A stretch of 64,000 nt of DNA, taken from the NCBI GenBank assembly GCA_964016885.1, contig OZ024744.1, forward strand, positions 85,002,001-85,066,000. Reading direction: 5' to 3'. The notes beneath the pieces are model-generated. The model was not told the DNA's origin. It did not search any database and worked only from the letters and a program-made list of their open reading frames with translations. The position numbers and the translations under genes were made by a program. Shown in pieces: positions 12,024 to 24,275 of this stretch. Every line of letters begins with the position of its first letter. Within the stretch, counting starts at the first letter, position 1. This stretch comes from Eledone cirrhosa (lineage: Eukaryota).

Positions 12024-12232
12024 GGTGATGACGGAAAACAACAACAATAGCAACAACAGTGACACTTTCACTTGGGTGAAAGGAAAATTTATATCTTCAA
12101 ATAAAATATATGTATATTTATATATATATATTATATATATATATTTAAAAAAGGGTACTAAAACCAAATAATATATATATATATATTATAGAAAGAGGGA
12201 TAGCTAGCTAGGTAAATAGGTAGATAGGTAGG

Positions 12233-12276
<44 letters not shown>

Positions 12277-12335
12277 AAATTAGCTAGCTAGCTTATGTGG
12301 CTAGCTAGCTAAATAAATGGATTATAATAGAAAGA

Positions 12336-12377
<42 letters not shown>

Positions 12378-13350
12378 GTATATATAAATATAATATAATA
12401 TATGTATATAAAAGAGAGGTGAATTCTATAGAGTGTAAGGGAGGAATTTAAAATGTAAAAGTGATTTTTTAAAACCAATTTTTTTCCAATTCCTCCTGTT
12501 CACCCTGTAGTAGAAGTTTGACAAGTTGTTGGTTTTGAAATGAATATATTTAGACTGGTAGTTCGTCTTGTCTTTGGCATTTGTTTACTAAGAATACATC
12601 ACGTAAAATAACATGTGGGTAAGCTACAAGCAAAGCAAATTATATGATGTGTGTTTCTTGTGTAAAAAAAAGTGAAAAACGTTTTCTCTCTCTACCCATC
12701 AGATACACACGCACGCGCGAGAGCACACGAATGTACAACTAAATATATATACCACACAGGGACAACTTTCCACCCTCTCTCTCTGTCTCTTTATTTCTCC
12801 TTCTCTTTTGCTCTAACTTTCTCTCTCTCTCCTTATCCCCTCTCTCTCTCTCTCTCTTTATTTTTCCTTCTCTTTTGCTCTAACTTTCTCTCTCTCTCCT
12901 TACCCCCCCCCCTCTCTCTCTCTCTCTCTCTTTATTTTTCCTTCTCTTTTGCTCTAACTTTCTCTCTCTCTCCTTACCCCCCTCTCTCTCTTTATTTTTC
13001 CTTCTCTTTTCCTCTATATTTCTCTCTCTCTCCCTTCCTTTCTCTCTATATCTCTGTCTCTTTATTTCTCCTCTTTTGCTCTATCTTTCTCTCTCTCTCT
13101 CCCTTCCCCTCTCTCTATCTCTGTCTCTTTATTTCTCCTCTTTTGCTCTATCTTTCTCTCTCTCTCTCCCTTCCTCTCTCTCTCTCTCTGTCTCTTTATT
13201 TCTCCTCTTTTGCTCTCTCCCTCTCTATATATATATATCTATCTATCTCTTTCTCTCTCTCTTTCTCTTCCCATTTCGCTATCTCTCTTTCTTTTTCTCT
13301 TTCCCTTTCTCTTTCTCCCCCTCTTTTTCTTTCTCTTTCTCTTTCGCTCT

Positions 13351-13436
<86 letters not shown>

Positions 13437-14102
13437 AAAAAAAAATAAAAATAAACGTACGCACTTTAACTCACAGAACAATCACCTAGACACACAGATA
13501 CAGATGCGCACACACACACACATACAGACACACATTCTCATACACGCAAACATACTTATACGCACACACGCACATATATCATATACGGCAAGTAGGCACG
13601 GACACACAGACACAGGCACAATCTTACAAACACACGTACACATACAAACACATATGCATGCATAGGTATGTACATACACGCACACACATGTGCACATATG
13701 CACACATACTTACACAGACACACATCGAGACACATACACACAAATAAATACCTGTATATATATTCATACATATGAGCTCCATATATATATACATTTATGG
13801 TAAACACCCATTCAAATGTATACACACACACGCATAAACACACACACGCATAGACACACATAACACGCATAAACACACACAACACGCATAAACACACACA
13901 CACACGTGCGTGCGTGCGTGTGTGTGTGTGTGTGTGTGTGAGAGTGTGAGTGTGTGTGTGTGTGTGTGTGGGTGTGTATTTATTGCGTGGTACGTTCAGA
14001 AACTTAAATAGATTTATGAAATCAACACATACATGTTAGGCACACATACAAACACACATATACACACGCACACACACACATACACGGAGAGAGAGAGAGA
14101 GA

Positions 14103-14142
<40 letters not shown>

Positions 14143-14414
14143 GACACACATACAGATACACACACACAAACACAGACACGCACATAGAAATACACACAGA
14201 AACACACACACGCAGACACAGACACACGCAGACACACATACAAACACACAATCACACAAATACACACACACATACACACACACAGAGACACACATACAAC
14301 ACACACACACACACACTCACACAAATACACACACAGGCATACACAGACACACACACAGACACACACATATATATATACACACAGAGACATACATAGAAAC
14401 ATTATTGTTTAGCC

Positions 14415-14610
14415 CTGGGCGGTGCATTGGCAGTATCGGTAGAGGGTCGGGCGCCATGCTTTGAAGCATAGAGTTACCTTCCTTTATGATCTGAGTTCAA
14501 ATCCCGCCGAGGTTAACTTTGCCTTTCATCCTTACGGGGTAGATAAACTAAAGTACCAGTAATGCACTGGAATAATTGCTGGCCTGGTGCCAAACGTAGA
14601 AACAATTATT
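14415..14610 (+). mobile_element. SINE family A
   Basis: Full-length copy. Confidence 0.88.
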
Positions 14611-14883
14611 GTTTAGCCCTAGGTCAAACCTAACCAAAACAAACCTATGATCAATGGCGCTCCAGCCGTGATCATCCGTTTTTGCTTATGTGTGTTTGAC
14701 ACGAAGCCAACATTTTCCAAAGAGCTGCTCTTTTTTTTCCTTTCTTTTTTATAAAAAAAGACAGTAGCGGGTAATTTAAGGCATATCTGGCTGTTATTTC
14801 TAGTAGGTCAAGCGACTACCGGCTGTTGTTTGCGCCTCTATGTGTGTAGGTTTATGTCTGTGTGTCTCAGTGCATAAACTGTA

Positions 14884-14949
<66 letters not shown>

Positions 14950-14961
14950 AGTTTCTATCTA

Positions 14962-15672
14962 TAGAGACAAGCTCTACAGACATGGGCGCCCGGGCAGGGA
15001 CCCTGCAAAAAAGATCTGTCCGAGGTGCGTGCGAGACGGAGAAACCGTCGCGTACGCATTCATACACTGCCCGGGCGTCACCGACCTCTGGGGCTATGTA
15101 GAACGACTATTGTCGCGAGTAGGACCAATCCGGTTGACCAGCGAGTCCATTGTCATGATCAAACCGCCACCCTCCTTCAAAAACGAAGGAGAGGCGGTTT
15201 TCCTTTGTGTGATAGCTATGGCGAAAGAGGTTGTATGGTGGACAAGGTTGAAAGGGCTGAGGTCAGACACCTTTCTCTCCGGCCAACAACTGATTCTTTT
15301 TTTGAAATACCACTTTGGAAGAAGAATCAGGATGGAGAGAGAGAGGTGCTGTACCCCAGCAAGTTTTATGAAAGGTGGGTGAAAGTGGCGAGAATGGCCC
15401 GAGTGAATGGGCCTTCTCTCTATATCAGCCTGTAGGTTGAGGAAAAGGAGGAGGAGAGGAAAGGAGTACAAACTCTTCGTACTCCTGGAGATGAGGGTTG
15501 CACATTTTTTCGGGGTATGTGTTACCCATATGAACTGTCTCCCCCTATTGGGGAAAATCAACTAATTTTTAAATTGCATTTGTGATAATATTTTACACGT
15601 TTTTATTGTATGTAAACTTCCCCCTTTGTATTTGTCCCCTTCTTTTGTGCCCCTGTGGCTAATGAAGAAACA
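14962..15672 (+). mobile_element. Tx1/L1-like LINE, 5'-truncated 3' end
   Basis: RDKLYRHG..CPRC..ETVAYAFIHCP (zf-RVT-like) and a 3' UTR ending GTGGCTAATGAAGAAA. Homologous to 36090-36670. Confidence 0.8.
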
Positions 15673-15722
15673 TATCTATTTCAAGGGTACCAAATCTTTG
15701 GTACGCACTCATCAGGTAAAAT
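15672..15722 (-). ncRNA. Hammerhead motif of the 6678 family (3' side truncated)
   Basis: tttac-CTGATGA-gtgcGTACCAAA ga TTTGGTACcctt-GAAA-tagata. Confidence 0.6.
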
Positions 15723-15960
15723 ACAAAATTTGTTTTATAAATAGTGACATATCCCAGAAACCATGTTTCATTCGGGAGAAATCATGATGATTTCTCCCGA
15801 ATGAAACAGTTCTAGTCCTGATGATTTCTCCCGAATGAAACAGTTCTAGGCCTTTTCTATATTAAATATTTATACTCTGCTTTGTATTGAGTACCTTACT
15901 AACTGTGGTTAGCCCCGATTGAACCCGGGATAAACTTATATATATTTTTCTATTCTATTT

Positions 15961-16435
15961 CTAGGGCGGGTAAAATTCTCGAGATCCATGAACGTGTTCT
16001 CTCCAGCGGTCTCTGTCCCTCATTATCGCTGCCATGTCCTGCATCTCCAACAGACCAGTGTCTGTCCTGAGGGCATCAACATTCGTTAACCTTGGTCTTC
16101 CTCTTCCAGTGTGTCCATGTAGGGGCTCCCACAGGAGCACTGAGTGCAATGTCAACTCTGGATGTCGGTGAGCATGTCCAGCTAACCTCAGTCTCCTCTG
16201 TGTCACTTTTGCGCTGACTTTTGGGAGGCTCCCATACAGCTCTGAGTTTTTCAGCTTGAGATCAGTGTGGAAGTCAGACCTTCGTAATGACCTGAATATC
16301 CGCCTCTTCATTGGTGTAGTGGAGTCTGTGCTGCTGTACGGGTCTGAGACTTGGACACTGACCAAGAAACTCACTCAGGTGGTGGATGGGTGCTACACGA
16401 GAATGCTGAGGATAACTCTGAACATTAATCAGTAT
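15961..16435 (-). mobile_element. RTE-clade LINE 3' fragment with 5' inversion
   Basis: Minus strand: NSELYGSLPKVS..RRLRLAGH..GRGRP..DRDRWR. Adjacent plus strand: RLFIGVVESVLLYGSETWTL..DGCYTRMLR. Confidence 0.85.
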
Positions 16436-16588
16436 ACTTATATATTTTTAGTTATTGCTCGCACCAACCTGAGGTATCTGATTTTTAATGCGATGAAATA
16501 CCAATGATGGTTGGAAAATCACTGACGAAGGACTATTTTTATCATATGTAACCCATGTGAAAACCACGCAGTATTCTTCTTTCTTCTC

Positions 16589-16638
<50 letters not shown>

Positions 16639-16699
16639 CGTGTTTCTGTTTATTTTATTTATTTATTTATTTATATATTTATTTTACTCCAAATTGAGA

Positions 16700-17039
16700 G
16701 ATCACAGCTCCGATACTATGGGTATGTGGTTAAAATGTCCCAGGAAAGAATCGCTGGACAGATTTTATAGGTAAAAAACCAACCGGGAGAAGACCCAAGG
16801 GTAGACCCTTAGCAAGATGGTTGGATAACATCCATGAGCTTGGCTGGTCACGCTTGAATCAGTTGGAGATGGTTGCTTCTGTAGGAAGAAGAAGAAGAAG
16901 AAGAAGAAGAAGAAGAAGAAGAAGAAGAAGAAGAAGAAGAAGAAGAAGAAGAAGAAGAAGAAGAAGAAGAAGAAAAAGAAGAAGAAGAAGAAGAAGAAGA
17001 AGAAGAAGAAGAAGAAGAAGAAGAAGAAGAAGAAGAAGA

Positions 17040-17040
<1 letters not shown>
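16700..17040 (+). mobile_element. RTE-like 3' fragment followed by (GAA)n
   Basis: Encodes PTGRRPKGRPLARWLDNIHELGWSRL. Confidence 0.6.
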
Positions 17041-17091
<51 letters not shown>

Positions 17092-17431
17092 ACCGCCGCA
17101 ACCTTATTTCCCTACTTTATGTTTTTTCTCTTTAAATTTTTCTTCGCTCTTTATCCATAATATATTTTTCCCCGATGAAGGACTAACGCCCGATACGCTC
17201 TTTTTGCCTCTTCTAATAAGACATTGTTCTTCGTCTGTGTCTAATTTTTAACTTGGACTATCTAACCAAGAAAATCCTAAGGAATACAAAGAAAGCGTAG
17301 AGTGCTTTATATCCCTTTAAAAAAAAGTCGGTGGATTGTATGATTAACTAGCTTTCATCAATTGAATATATAATAGCTTCCATATACTGTACCGATTGTG
17401 TTGTTATTTCTGTTTACCTTTTACAGACATA

Positions 17432-18378
17432 TCTATATATATAAAACTGTGGTTGTCTGTCTGTCTATCGATTTTTGGCACACATCTCCTCTTAGAATCT
17501 CTGACGGAATTGCACCGAAATTGCTATACTTGTACATTGAGCCCTAGCGAAGACATCGGAAAAAAAATATTTCAAATTGACCCACCCTATGTGACGAAAT
17601 CGAATATAATGTATCGATTTTTGAGCGTAAGTTATCAGTTATTTCCCTTTGTTCTGTTTACATTGAGCGTCTTACGTAAAAAATTACGCTGGCTTTCTCA
17701 GCGTTTAAAATGACATTAACACAATACACGAACAGTTGTCGAGCCAGCAAAATATTGACCTGCAAAATTCATCAGTTCGAACACTAAGCTTCCGTTTTGC
17801 TTCATTTCCATTTAAAAGCATTTTAAAACAATATTTTTACTTGAAAACAAGTCTATTTAAAGACTACGTAAAACAAGCAAATATTTCGTCGTTAGGCGTG
17901 CAGACAGACAGTCGTGCAGACAGACAGTCGTGCAGAGAGGTGATATACGCGTGCAGACAGACAGTCGTGCAGAGAGGTGATATAGGCGTGCAGACAGACA
18001 GTCGTGCAGAGAGGTGATATAGGCGTGCAGACAGACAGTCGTGCAGAGAGGTGATATAGGCGTGCAGACAGACATAACTGATAATTTGGTTACGCTAATG
18101 TTTTTCTCTGCGTTGCAGTGTTTACATTTTCGATCTTTGTTAATAAATAACCAGTGCAGTTTCTATCCCCAGCATCCTCTTTTGTTATAACATTCGGGTT
18201 ATCGTTATGTTTTCTTAACTTCATAAGGCATATTGTTGGTTGAGGGAATATTAATCAAAAACACCACATGCAAGTCTGCACAGTAGACACTACAGTTTTT
18301 AAGCCAAGAAAGAAACTTAACATTGTAACTTTAACACAGCTACTGAGCGACCCCGAGCAACGCCGGGCTTTACTGCTA

Positions 18379-18379
<1 letters not shown>
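17432..18379 (+). mobile_element. Non-autonomous Helitron, copy 2
   Basis: A|TCTATATATATAAAA start, CCCGAGCAACGCCGGG hairpin, CTAG|T end, and internal 37-bp tandem repeats. Confidence 0.88.
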
Positions 18380-18414
<35 letters not shown>

Positions 18415-18419
18415 TCGAT

Positions 18420-18624
18420 CGACTTTCGTCAAATCGGACAATATTTCCGTTGGTCTTTCCAGTTGCTAATACTAACTATCGGTCGCAACTCCAGGTAGAA
18501 GGAGCAACGTGAAAAATAAAGTGTCTTGCTCAAGGATATAACGCATCGCCCGGTCAAGGATTTGAACTGACAACTTCATGATCGCGAATCCAGCTCTCTA
18601 ACCACACGCCACACAGCCACACGC

Positions 18625-18660
<36 letters not shown>

Positions 18661-18750
18661 GCGTGTGGCTGTGTGGCGTGTGGTTAGAGAGCTGGATTCG
18701 CAATCGTGAAGTTGTCATTTCAAATTCTTGACCGGGCGATGCGTTATATA
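18420..18750. mobile_element. SINE family B (minus) with an inverted duplicate of its head across a (TA)n tract
   Basis: 18536-18630 is the reverse complement of 18655-18750. Confidence 0.85.
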
Positions 18751-18879
18751 TATATATATATATATATATTATATTATATATATAAACGATGGTGTATATC
18801 TATAATGTACAATTGTTGTATACAGTCTGGACTTTGAAGAAAAAATAGGTATAGTTTTATCTATTATCTCCTCTTATTT

Positions 18880-18933
<54 letters not shown>

Positions 18934-19100
18934 GTTCAAGAGTAACCAATCTTAAAGAGAGAGATGGAGATAGGAGAGGAGAGATTGGTGAATTAGTTAG
19001 AAGCCAAAGCGTAAAGGCATGTGCTCAATGTGTAATATGCAGTGGAAGGCAGCTAGGTGGCTGGGTTCATGCAGAGGTTAGGTGCACAGAGCTGGAAATA

Positions 19101-19360
19101 TAGGTAGAAATAGAGCAGCTCGTCGGAACCTCAAAAGGAATATAAATTAAAATAAGGAAAGAATGTTACATAAATGTAATGTTCCATATGTTGGTATTTC
19201 ACTATGGTGTCCTGGGTATATCAATTGTCTGCCATAGTGGAGCAGTATTCTTCTGTCTAGGCTGCATTGTGTGAGATCTGCTTACATTTATGTAACATTC
19301 TTTCCTTATTTTAATTTATATTCCTTTTGAAGTTCCGATGAGCTGCTTTATTTCTACGTA
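19101..19360. repeat. Inverted repeat, ~80-bp arms
   Basis: GTAGAAATAGAGCAGCTC..TACATAAATGTAA versus TTACATTTATGTA..GAGCTGCTTTATTTCTAC. Confidence 0.9.
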
Positions 19361-19575
19361 TGTTAATTATTTTCAAATGAACCAGATCAATAATGATATA
19401 TAATCATTTGATACAGAAATATTATATAGAGTAGCGAAACAATTGTAAACGGACATTACTATTATTACTATTATTATTATTATTCTCTACATTCCTTACA
19501 TCAAGCTAAAATATGTTGACAATCTTTTAATAATGTCTTCCTTGTGAAATCTGTGGTCTTGTTTTGCTTAACTAA

Positions 19576-19625
<50 letters not shown>

Positions 19626-19709
19626 AAAGGTAAACAGAAATAACAAGACAATCGGTTCAGTATATGGAAGAGATATATTAGTTTAACACTTAATATAACG
19701 GGAAGAGGG

Positions 19710-19745
19710 TCTTAACGTTTCGGACGCTAATCCTTCATCAGAAGA
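19710..19745 (-). ncRNA. Minimal hammerhead motif (inverted copy)
   Basis: tctt-CTGATGA-aGGAT tagc GTCC-GAAAC-GTT-aaga. Confidence 0.68.
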
Positions 19746-19901
19746 AAGAATGAGAAAATATAATTATATAATTATATAATTATATTCAAAAGATGTCAAC
19801 ATGGATCTGTTATTTCAAAATGGATCTGTTATTTCTATCTAAAGACATTTTTTCCAATTCTATCCCGCCAGTCCCCTCAATCTAGCTTATTTCTCATTCT
19901 T

Positions 19902-19937
19902 TCTTCTGATGAAGGACTAGCGTCCGAAACGTTAAGA
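19902..19937 (+). ncRNA. Minimal hammerhead motif
   Basis: TCTT-CTGATGA-aGGAC tagc GTCC-GAA-ACGT-T-AAGA. Stem III is a loopless palindrome, so it would need to fold as a dimer. Confidence 0.72.
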
Positions 19938-20055
19938 CCCTCTTCCTGTTATATCAAGCGTTAACCTGATATATCCCTTTCATATACTGTACCGATTGTG
20001 TTGTTATTTCTCTTTACCTTTTACATATATATTTATATATATACACTCGCGCGCG

Positions 20056-20218
<163 letters not shown>

Positions 20219-20349
20219 TATATAACATTTTGAGAATAAGCTCTCAGTCCTTTACAATAATTAAGCTCCAGGAAAGGGTCATTTCCGAGCAGTTAAATAC
20301 ATTAAAATATATGATAAACACAAAACGTGTTTGCATTGCAACAGACAGT

Positions 20350-20504
20350 CAGCTATTAATGAAATAAACTAATTAAAGTGAATGCAATTTGTCTGTCTCG
20401 ATATAAGTCAATAAAGACAATCTTATATTAGCAACTGCCATGATTGACTTATATCGAGACAGACAAATTGTATTCACTTTAATTAGTTTATTTCATTAAT
20501 AGCT
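20350..20504. repeat. Inverted repeat, ~62-bp arms
   Basis: AGCTATTAATGAAATAAAC..ATATAAGTCAAT versus ATTGACTTATAT..GTTTATTTCATTAATAGCT. Confidence 0.9.
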
Positions 20505-20544
<40 letters not shown>

Positions 20545-20551
<7 letters not shown>

Positions 20552-20950
20552 TAAATAGAATAGAAAATGCTGACAAATTGTTCACAGTTGAAAAATGGTT
20601 TAATTAGGAATAAAAGAGTATTAGTGATTGTATGGGTTAGTATTCAGTTGTGGTTTTAAGTTTTTAAGTTTTTACCGGTTGCGCATTTCTAAATGCTTTT
20701 CAAAAATAATTTTGAGATAGAGTGTCCGTGTCCGTGCTGTTTGCTCTGATCAGAGCAAACAGCACGGACACTCTATCTCAAAATTATTTTTGAAAAGCAT
20801 TTAGAAATGCGCAACCGGTAAAAACTTAAAAACATAAAACCACAACTGAATATTAACCCATACAATCACTAATACTCTTTTATTCATAATTAAACCATTT
20901 TTCAATTGTGAACAATTTGTCAGCATTTTCTATTCCGTTTACTAATATAT
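20545..20950. repeat. Spacerless palindrome, ~200-bp arms, flanked by (TA)n
   Basis: Centred on GCTCTGA|TCAGAGC at ~20749. Confidence 0.93.
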
Positions 20951-20984
20951 AATAACTTGTGTGTTACACCTCTATTCTTTTAAC

Positions 20985-21015
<31 letters not shown>

Positions 21016-21217
21016 GATAAACCTAGGAAAATTAACAGGGAGGACAAGACAGCGAACGAAAACAAAGCAAAGTGAAAAACAATTTTTTAGGGTGGGACAT
21101 AAAGATCTCCCACATTTTGAAGGGATATAAAAAAAGAACACCTATCTCGAAAAAAAAATGATCATATTTCTTAAAAACACACACAAAAAAAATAGTTTTG
21201 TTTTAATGTTTTTTTTT

Positions 21218-21387
21218 TTAAATTATATCTGACAAATGACGATCGTCGTTGGCAATACATTGATGGCGTAAATGATGGAGTCGTTCTCGGAAGTACTCAA
21301 TGACTCTCAGGGTCAAGTAGAATTGCATCGATCTACGACCCTGCAGTTGGCATGATCTGTCTCAGTTAATTCTTGAACCAACATCAT
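21218..21387 (-). pseudogene. Internally deleted Tc1/mariner-superfamily transposase remnant
   Basis: MMLVQELTETDH fused, in a different frame, to LRVIEYFRERL..QCIANDDRHLSDII. Both resemble Tc3/rosa-type transposase segments. Confidence 0.55.
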
Positions 21388-21630
21388 TTTATATTTCGTT
21401 CTCTCTCATTTCTCTGTCTCCTCTCTCTCTATCTTTTTCTCTCTGTTCTTCTGCTCTTTCTCTCTCTTTCTCTTTCTCCGTAACCCAACGGCTTATTAAA
21501 AAATATCCAATACTAACTTACCTAATAATATATATTAAAGTTATAACTCCACTATCTGGGAGCTTCCAACAGTAATGGTTGCATTCTTTAAGGGTATGTC
21601 AATATTTATTTATAAAACTGCTCTATATTA

Positions 21631-21695
21631 TATTTTATCTGATGAAAGCACACCATAATTTAACTTGGTGTCCTTGAAATATGTATAATGAAATA
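21631..21695 (+). ncRNA. Hammerhead motif of the 6678 family
   Basis: TATTTTAT-CTGATGA-AAGcACACCA..TGGTGTcCTT-GAA-ATATGTAT-A-ATGAAATA. Confidence 0.72.
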
Positions 21696-21822
21696 AATAT
21701 GGTTTTATAAATATAGTTTCCATTTGTTAATATCGTATTTTTACTCCAATTATTTGTTGAGTGCTTTATATCAGTTATAAAAATATTTGCTTGTTGTATC
21801 CCAACAATTCAAATAGAACTTT

Positions 21823-21894
<72 letters not shown>

Positions 21895-22148
21895 TATATA
21901 TATATGCATATATATATATACTTATATATACACATATACATACACATACATATACATACATACACACATACACATTCATACACAAGCATATACATATATA
22001 CACATATACACATACATAAACATATATATATACACATTTATATATATATATATATATATATATAACGAAGGAAAAGTGGTAAGGAACCAGGTGGTCCAGA
22101 ATTAGCCGTCGAAACGGCTTGAGCTCAGCCGTCGGGGTCTTACTTGTT

Positions 22149-22203
<55 letters not shown>

Positions 22204-22453
22204 CACAAATATATACACACATAAATATATTTACATATCATACATAGATGTTTATTTTCACTCATGCAATTACGGATGCCTGTGTACCTTGTTGCCTTTA
22301 GTCATTAACGCATAAATCTAAGGAAGCTAAAACATTAAAAGGCAAAAATAAGCATGAAAGCATATAATTAGGGGAAAGAGGTACTAATGAATATTATTCT
22401 ATACGGAATTATAGTGAGTTGCTATTTAGAATATTTAATTAGGTTTATAGTAT

Positions 22454-22900
22454 TTAATTAGGTTTATAGTATTTAAATGTGTGTCGTATACGGTGATTAC
22501 AGACTATGATCAATTCCTGTCTTTTATTTAATAAATCGTCCTTAGATTTAGTAATTTCCAAGATCTCTCCTGAACATAATCTGCATTCCCTCCTGTTCCC
22601 AAGATATGGAATTTTTTGAAGAATGGTGTTCCACGATAACTTGAAATCTATTTTTTTCTTTTTATAATTATTTACCGCTTCAGCTAAAGATGTGGTGTTA
22701 GCTAGTTTAGTATTGTTGAAACTACTAGAGTGTGCGTAAATTTTTTTTAAAAATGTGTTTGATGTAGATCCTATATATGTTTTGTTGGAGTCTGTAGTAG
22801 ACACAGTGCTTTTATATATTACATTATTAATCAAACAGTTTCCATTTAAGGGGCAAATGCTTCTATTTCTGCAATTACAGCCATACGTAAGATGGTTTTG
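22454..22900 (-). pseudogene. Penelope-like (Naiad-type) GIY-YIG endonuclease fragment
   Basis: CNCRNRSICPLNGNC..NVIY..TYIGST..CRLCSGE..LLNKRQE..CNHR. Confidence 0.85.
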
Positions 22901-23502
22901 GAGGGTGCCTATACTATTCTCATTTATCCTTGAGCTATTCATATTAATGATAACAGGAGAATGAAGGTTGCTTTGTGTGTGGTTTAGTGCTAGAGTTCTA
23001 TTGTAATTTTATGTTCTGTTGCTTTTGTGTTGGTGATTTGGGTGGTTGTGTTTTCTAGGTTGAAGGATTGTATTAAAAAAACAATTTGATTCGTTAGTTC
23101 TTCAACTACCTCCAAATATGGACATGATAATAATTCTGAGTAAAATTATTATTGAATAAAATTATTATTGCTTTTGAAAACAGCTGGAGATATGCATGTA
23201 AGTAAATATTCTCTCTATATGATAGTTTGTAAATTTACATAGATCAATAACTGAGTATAGATACAATGTATTATCACCATCTAGAAACGATCGTAAAGCA
23301 GTGAAGTATATCTCTAATGACTTGATTTTTTATTTCATTTTTTTAACTTATATCATGATTCTGTTTTCCTTTTAATGTTTTATTGTTTTCAGAGATTTAT
23401 CTTAACCTACAACATTTTCAACATATGGATTACATTGAGTTCTTCATACAGAATAGACCCCCACAACTTACAGTGGATACCTCTGTACACACACACACAC
23501 AT

Positions 23503-23559
<57 letters not shown>

Positions 23560-23617
23560 TTGAAATAAAATGAAAACGAAATTTCATTTCTCACTCTTAG
23601 TATGGCACTTACTTAAA

Positions 23618-23671
23618 TGTAAGTATGTATGTATACGTACATACATATATGTATACAGACGTACAGTAGCA

Positions 23672-23761
<90 letters not shown>

Positions 23762-24189
23762 CAGGTACGCATCAGTTTAGCGGACGCTTATTATAACGCC
23801 GCTTTGTTCGTTTGTAAACAAACTGAACAGCCTGAATTTATGCCATACGGTGTTAAGGCAACCACGTCACCTTTTTGTTCAACACTGACACAGGACCGAT
23901 TTAACTCACTCAATATGCAAATTAGGCTGCTCAGCCGTTAATTTTCATAAGGAAAGTATATACTTTCGAACGTTCAACTATCTGGCAGATGGGTATACGG
24001 TGCTGATGATAGCTAACAAGCTTGAAACTAGTACATCGTTCCTGTGTCAGTGTTGAACAAAAAGGTGACGTGGTTGCCTTAACACCGTATGGCATAAATT
24101 CAGGCTGTTCAGTTTGTTTACAAACGAACAAAGCGGCGTTATAATAAGCGTCCGCTAAACTGATGCGTGCATATATGTATGTGTACCTG

Positions 24190-24220
<31 letters not shown>

Positions 24221-24275
24221 GCATGCTACTGTACGTCTGTATACATATATGTATGTACGTATACATACATACTTA
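23618..24275. repeat. Fold-back element whose arms include a (TA)n tract and flanking microsatellite DNA
   Basis: 23618-23895 is the reverse complement of 24040-24275. Confidence 0.92.
23998..24038 (+). ncRNA. Minimal type-I hammerhead ribozyme in the fold-back loop
   Basis: CGGTG-CTGATGA-tAGCT aaca AGCTt-GAA-ACTAGT-A-CATCG. All three stems are supported and the cleavage triplet is GUA. Confidence 0.8.

Larger units (their letters stand above)
19622..20025. repeat. Fold-back element (~135-bp arms) of a second Penelope-type pLTR family
   Basis: The arms are reverse complements and are flanked by (TA)n. Relatives occur at ~17160-17425 and 40125-40350. Confidence 0.88.

Noticed and set aside
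11896-12171. Plus-strand 91-aa ORF
   Set aside because: It is the antisense shadow of the hydrophobic minus-strand exon and runs into AT-rich low-complexity sequence.
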